The position numbers and the translations under genes were made by a program. Below, piece by piece: positions 57,501-64,000 of a stretch of 64,000 nt of DNA. Origin of the DNA: Setoptus koraiensis (lineage: Eukaryota > Animalia > Arthropoda); NCBI GenBank assembly GCA_048013815.1, contig CM106586.1, positions 14,198,001 to 14,262,000 of the forward strand. Reading direction: 5' to 3'. The notes under the pieces were generated by a model. It ran no database searches and had not been told where the DNA came from. It was given only the letters and a program-made list of their open reading frames with translations. Position 1 is the stretch's first letter; every line of letters begins with the position of its first letter.

Positions 57501-60500
57501 GTGACCACTGTGACCACTGTAGCAGGCTCGATCAGCTGATGGACGACATGCAAAATGAAGAGTGTGTGTTGAGCTCGCCAGTTAGTGTTTTTTGGCCCCG
57601 TTTTTGGGCACTTTTTTTGCATTTGTCCTCTCGACGATTACGACATTGTGTCACAACGAAATGGCGAGCCAGACATCGATCAACGGCCAGCCAGCATACA
57701 AACTGGCCAACTTGCCAACCATCAGTGTCAGCTGTGCGCTGCCGACCGCCGCTGACTGGCGAACCTGTCGTCCCGTCGTGCTGTTTTTTCCGTTTTGCTG
57801 CCAGTTACTGCAGGCTGCAGCGGCGTACTGGCAGTTACAGCGGCAGCGGCAGCAGCAGCAGCAGCAATTTTGGCAGTTTAGCTCGCACACAATAGTTGCA
57901 CGTTCTGTGCGCGTTTGTGCGCAGCACAGTGTTGCCAGCAGCGTTGCCAGTGCATTTGTGAGCGTATACTAGTAGTACAGTGTAAACTGTGCGGGGCACG
58001 CGTTTGCCCACCGGCCCGCCCGGCGGCCAACTGTCTGGCCTCACTGGCCCGACCGGATTGGCGGACCCGCTCCGGCGCCGCGCCGCCATTACGTAATGGT
58101 AGCACGGCGAGTGGATTGAATTGGATTGGTTCGATGTGGCTGGCCAGTTGGCCTGCTCGGCCCGCTAAAAGCCACTCTCGTCGAGCTTGTCGTGTTTGTT
58201 TGTTTGTTTATTTGTTCGTTTGTCTGTAGATTGAATGTTATTAATAATCATGAAAATAGTAGGCTTACTGTATTAATCTTGATGCCATCATCAAAAGCAA
58301 GCTCGCAACTGTTCTGGCAAATAGCTAGCTTGGCATTCGTTAATGGTGCTGCTGTTGCTGTAAATCAAACAGCAGCCTGAATCGGCCTGAATTCACAGTC
58401 TGAATCAATCTGATTCACAGTGGCTCAAGCGGGTTGGGAGTGACTCAAGTTAATTGCTTCGCTGCTCGGAGTGCGTCACCGACGACAAACACCACCATTA
58501 CTATGTAGTGCTTGTGTTGCTACAACAACAACAGCAACAACGACAACAGCAACGACAACAGCAACAACGACAGCAACAGCGCAACAGCAACAGCGCAACA
58601 GCAACAGCGACAACAACAACAAGACGACAATTCGGGCCCTACTTGGTCTACTACCAACGTAGGCGGTGCTGCCGCTACTGCTGGTGGTGGCTATTTGACA
58701 CCAGCGAAGATGGTGATCCAGTTAATGATCTCTGGGCATTGTGTGGCATATATCGCCTCTCCCGCTTGCCTCTTCTACCATGGCCACTATACACATGTAT
58801 ATATATATATATATATATCTATATATATTTATAAATATATATGTGTGGCGTATCGTGCACATGCACTATCTCAACATTATATATAACATTAGTTTAATGG
58901 AGCAGAGGCCGCGTTAGTTAGCTGGTAATAACAACGACGGTTTAAAATATTCCAAAACTAGTATACGAGTAGAGATATTTAGATGTATGCAGATATGCGA
59001 GTGTGTCTGTGGATTTGTGGATAGGCCGGCCAGTGTGTGGATATGCGAGATTGTGGATATGTAAATGTTTTGAAGCTTAAATGTTTAGATGTTTTTTAGA
59101 TGTGTGTAGATACGCAGCAGATATATCGGGTGCATATATACATATGTCGACATGCGGTAGTGCAGTTAGCACTTTGTCCACTCCCAACGCTATCTCACCT
59201 ATCTAATAATGATGCCGGTTTGCGTTGTTGGCCATGCAACAGCGCCGATACGACTATACCAAATATACCAATGTACCCAGAGCCAGACAGCAGACACTTA
59301 CCAAGTTGGCAAGTTGGCTTCGTCGTAATCATGATCATTATCATTAAAGTTCTTTCTTTCTCTGCAGCGCTGTGTGTTGAAATACAAAGTTGCCGGTGAG
59401 TCGGTTCAAGTTTTGTTGGCCAACAACTTATTTCGTTCGTTTATTATTGAGTTGCTCATGTTTATCACTATTATGATACAACAACACTCAACAACAACAC
59501 AACATGGCGAACTAGTCGCTGTGTGATCATTAGCTGACGGTGTTAATTGACTTGTTTCTGTTCTCTCCCTCTCTCTCTCTGTTCTCTTGTTGTTGCTGTT
59601 GTTGTTGTTGCTGCTGCTCTCCTCTGGCTTCTATCTATTAATACGCCAGACAACTTAAACTTAAGGTAACCAACCGCTGGCCATTGGGCAGCCAACAGCT
59701 CGCAACTGCTCTACTCTATAGTAGAGCAACAGCAGCAGTGGTAGCAGCATACTGTTGATGAAAAACACGAACAATGAGGCGACCAACAACAATTGACTAA
59801 GCCGATAAAACTATCACTACTGCTCTGTGTGCTCGTAGTGCCTGACCAACTAAACTCAACTCCACTGACAGGAAGAGAGCCCAGATCACGACATTTGGTG
59901 CGGGCTTATTCTACTCTCTATGTTAGAGAGCCAGATAGATGGAGATAAAGAACTGAAAAGAACTGAACTGAATCGAAATGGATTGATACACATGAGCAAG
60001 AACACACACACACACACACACACAACATCACATAAGATATCACATGAGATAAATTTCATTGTTGGCAGCGAAATTAAAAGACTATCTCCCCTCTAACATC
60101 TATATCTCACCAACAAATGGCAAATTGACACCACTACAAGCCGGCAAAAGATCGGGCCTGAGATGGCATTGTATTGCAAAATTGTGTTTGTATGCTGCTG
60201 GTCGCTAATTTTCATACATTCGCTATTATGCGACTGGTATAATTCGAGCCAACGTGTCTCGGACGCCACAAAAGTGCGTCCAAAGTGCGTTTGGCAGCCA
60301 CAATCAAAGGGTTGCATTGTGTTTGGCTTCCATGATAATATAACTGTATATAGAACGATATAGATACGTGCTGACGGACCTCATACTGTGCTGCAAATAT
60401 GCCCACTAACGGGCCATATATTACATGGTGCACACACGCAATGTGTCCATATTAGATCCCACTATAAATTATGCTCTATATAATACAGTGTTTATAGTTG

Positions 60501-61762
60501 ATTGTGTTCAGGTGTCTTGGCAGAAAAAGTTGCCAACAATGGGGCGATCCCGGCATTGGAGTCCCGGGGGTCAGAGCAGGATTCATGGATAGTTGGATAA
60601 TTGATGGATATTTGGTCACTGACACAAACAAAGCCCGTGCAAGATCCAGCCACCCTTGCATTACTTTTGAATGGTGCAGACGCATCCAATCGTCCGCCCT
60701 GCACACAGTGCACGTCACTGCACCTCGCTTCGACTGCTATATTTGGTGCAGCGTCTACCACTGCACCGAATGCAGCAGCACCAAATATAGTCGGTGCAGC
60801 AGCAGCAGCAGTTCTCGTGCGATAGAGGCTGTTTTTTCGAAAACGACGAACAAAGGCTTTGCATTTTGAGGCATTTCTAGCAAAAAAAAAATTGACAAAG
60901 AGAACAGCCTCGTCAGCGCTATATATATAGTATTTAAGTGGCTGCACAGGTAGCAGTTATAAAAGGTACGTTTCGTTTATTTGCACGTACTGCGGCAGCA
61001 GCACCACCATGATGCATGCACCGTGGTGCATGTGTGCTGCACCACTCTGTTTGCAACGATGCTTGGTGCGCCATGACAGGCGGTGCAGGTCGTGCGAGTC
61101 GTGCCACTGCAGTCTGCAGTGAACTTGTGCAGCAGAAGCACGACGATCAGCTGACGGAGATAAGGCACAAAGGTGCGCACAAGCGATGCGCAGTGCGACT
61201 CTTTGTGTCAGCGAACAGCTGATGGTTGGTGTCGAACAGCTGTTTTGAAGACATTGTGCGCAGTGCGTCCAAGTTTGCGTTTTTTGCCTGCTCGCCGTTG
61301 TCGTTTATATCCGCTGGTATCTCTCGTTTTTGTTGGGTCTCTCTCGCTCTATACAATTACTACAATTACTGCATCGGCTGGCATCGGCTGGCATCGTCTG
61401 GCGTTTAGGTAGTAACATAGTATTTCGAGAGTTAGTTCACATCATCGAGGCACGATGAAACCGGCAAAAAAGCTAATGGTCATTGGAGCTGATAATGGTT
61501 TCCTATGTGCGATTTCACAGCAGCGCAAAAACTCGCTCCCTGTTATTTCGTCCGTCACTTAATAAAGGCTGCCCTTCCTCTGGCCAATCCCTTTGTTTGT
61601 CCGTACCCTATGGAACGGTTCTCCCCTCGCGGATAGTCGTGTGTGTGTGTGTGTCTCGAATATGACATGTTTCTCACCAGCGACACAAGACGTGCTCACC
61701 AGCGCCACCGCGGCTCCGCTGGTACCGCAACCAGCACCACCAATGGCGTCGCCAATGGAGCC

Positions 61763-61867
61763 AATAAATAAGGCAACAATAAATGAGCCAGCAATAAATG
61801 AGCCAACAACAAATGAGACAACAACAAATGAGACAACAACAAATGAGACAACAATAAGTGAGACAAC
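61763..61867 (+). repeat. 15-bp minisatellite x7 (AAYAAATGAGACAAC)
   Basis: Seven consecutive 15-bp units; one frame reads INKAT INEPA INEPT TNETT TNETT TNETT ISETT. Confidence 0.9.
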
Positions 61868-63110
61868 AAGCTCGCCGTGGCTCGCTCGTCCGGGCCAACC
61901 CGGCTGCCATAGTTACCTGATACTAGGCGGACTGTTACGTAAGCGCACGGGCTCGTGTTGCACGACTGCATCTTGTCTCCGGCTGGCTGGCTCGCTCGGT
62001 CGCTTTGTGGCCCCTGGTGCCTGGTGCTGCGTTGCCCGGTCGGCCGGTATCGCTGTCGCCCCGTTTTGATCCTGTTAGATTTTTGTAACTTTGACTGTGG
62101 CCATTAATTTTGACGTGCATTAGTGATTTACATGTAGCAGCTCCAATAAAGCAGCCCGCACTACCTTGCAGGCGGGCATGTGTACAGGCGAGCAACATGG
62201 AAATGGATTGTTGTTGTTGCTGTTGTTGTTGTTGTTGCAATGGGCCGGCCGTACATGCCAACAGCAAACAAGACGGGCCAACAAGAACACGAACATGGAC
62301 GCAGCCAGCAGAGAAATAGAGAAACGTTGCACGAAACGGGCTCACAGTTGGTAGCTGGCAAATTGCTAGCGAGGGGCCTCTCTATTTCTCAACAAGCAAT
62401 TCGCTCATCTATCACTTGGCTCATTAATGGTCAACTCGTTCTAAATTTGCTCTCTCCCTCTCTGTTTGTGTGTTAATCGAGGCCACTAACGAGATTGTTT
62501 GTGCTCCCATCGAGCTGTACACAAATATAGCTGACAGCAAACGGCCAACAAACAGCAAGCAGCTGATTTTTTCCTACGTTCACTGTCTGCGTGATAAGTA
62601 ATGGGCATAAGTCAAACTGCAACTCGCAAGCCGCTTGCGAGTAAATCATCTGGGTCGCCTCACAAGAGAATTGGTCAGAGAATTGGTGACGCTCGCCAGA
62701 CAAACTGACGGACGGGCGGGCAGGCCAATTCGCAGAGCCGATTCGAAACACCTGATTGTGTCGGGCCTCAGACTGGCTGGCTCGCTCTCTCTCTCTCTGT
62801 CTCCCTCTCGCTCGATCGCGCTGTTGTTGTTGCTATTTTAGTTTTGCTCTCACGGAGCTTCACGTTTGCCTAATATAAAACAGACAGACAGACAGGCAGG
62901 CATCCATTGTTTGTACGTCCGCCCGTTGCTCGCCAGATCTTGGTCCGGGTGTTGGTTTTGCATTAGCGATGTCCAGCACAACTGTTCACTGGACAGGCTG
63001 CGGCAGCTTCTCGAGCCGCGCCGCTTCGTCCACACAAGCGCAGGAAGGTGGCGTTCTCTTTGTTTGCTTTGTAGTTTTTTAGATTCTCGCTGTTCGCTGT
63101 TGGCTCTGCT

Positions 63111-63182
63111 GGCTTCGTTGGCTTGGTTGGCATCGTTGGCTTCGTCGGCTTCGTCGGCTTCGTTGGCTTCGTTGGCTTCGTT
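63111..63182. repeat. 9-bp minisatellite x8 (GGCTTCGTY)
   Basis: Directly visible tandem units. Confidence 0.9.
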
Positions 63183-63802
63183 AGCTGATTTGTGTGGCCT
63201 GTCGTCCCTGGCGTCGGCATCGCTGCGATGCCCATCATATCAAATAGTTATGAATCGGCCTACCTATGCCGCCGATTGCCGTCGCTGTTCGCCCGTCGCT
63301 GTTCGCCAGTCGCTATCCGCCGCTCGCTGCCAGCCTCTCGCTGGCCCAGTCGCTGCACCAGTTTGAACGAATACCAATTCTAAACTGCTAGGTAATTGGT
63401 CATTGGCTCACCTTATTCTTTTTTCGCTCTCGCTCTCTTGTGGCCGCTGCCTGGAGGAGGCTGCTATAGCATCCATTTGCATCGCAAGTCGCAAAAGATT
63501 CCTCGCTGTTGCCATTACAACTGCCCATTGCTGTTTGTGTGTGCTAATCCCAGCAACTCTCAACGATAATCCAACTGCGCCAGTCAACAACAACAACACA
63601 ACCATCAACGTCAGCATCACCATCAACAACAACAGGTATTCTCGTGACACAGGCACACACACAACTGACCAGCTGAGAGGACACAGGTAAGTGAGAGACG
63701 GACAAAGCCCGATCAGGCAGCGGTCAGTCGGCTTGCCAGCGGCCGAGTCAAGCCATGTCAGGTGTAGAAGAGAGAGAGGAAGCGTGTTGGTCAGTTGGAA
63801 AT

Positions 63803-63806
<4 letters not shown>

Positions 63807-63885
<79 letters not shown>
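63807..63885. repeat. (TG)39 microsatellite
   Basis: Uninterrupted TG run. Shorter (CA/TG)n runs occur at about 13727-13759, 25983-26003, 39932-40005 and 41601-41657. Confidence 0.97.
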
Positions 63886-63887
<2 letters not shown>

Positions 63888-64000
63888 GTGCTGGAAATAG
63901 TGGGACAGGACAAAGAGATGATGATCGCCAAGTTGAATCATCGTCAGCATCTTAGATGTACCGTTATTGACATTTCATTGTTTAGTTGTCGACTCGACTG

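Noticed and set aside
11185-63182. Short tandem arrays (9, 12, 15 and 18 bp) considered as CRISPR-like or as one repeat family
   Set aside because: No spacers, no cas genes and a eukaryotic context; unit sequences differ between arrays, consistent with independent slippage.

Overview
Eukaryotic, metazoan DNA from a compact genome. An arthropod, possibly a mite, is my inference from the short introns, many intronless genes, 100-650 bp spacers and abundant CpG. There are no prokaryotic features, rRNA, tRNA, CRISPR arrays or intact transposons. Twelve protein-coding genes were reconstructed by hand, most with splice sites: LIPT1(-), a very short UPF3(+), YIPF1/2(-), a catalytically intact DPP4-family peptidase(+; 8 certain exons plus a probable first exon 14.9 kb upstream), SPSB3(+), SLBP(+), SEC24C/D(-), an HSD17B4/MFE-2 derivative with no dehydrogenase domain (hydratase-2 plus 2 SCP2 domains, PTS1)(+), C/EBP(-), MRPL12(-), TMEM208(+) and REDD1/scylla(-). 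Tight housekeeping clusters alternate with 9-12 kb repeat-rich non-coding regions (5.9-16.2, 39.8-48.9 and 52.3-64 kb). About 3.7 kb next to a 500-N gap is almost free of G on the + strand; this is most likely an assembly or base-calling artefact but is unverified. The best leads are the UPF3 lacking its EJC-binding tail, 3' splice sites that are CA-rich rather than pyrimidine-rich, the split MFE-2 with a possible three-product locus, and the G-less tract. Most short ORFs in the supplied track are spurious.
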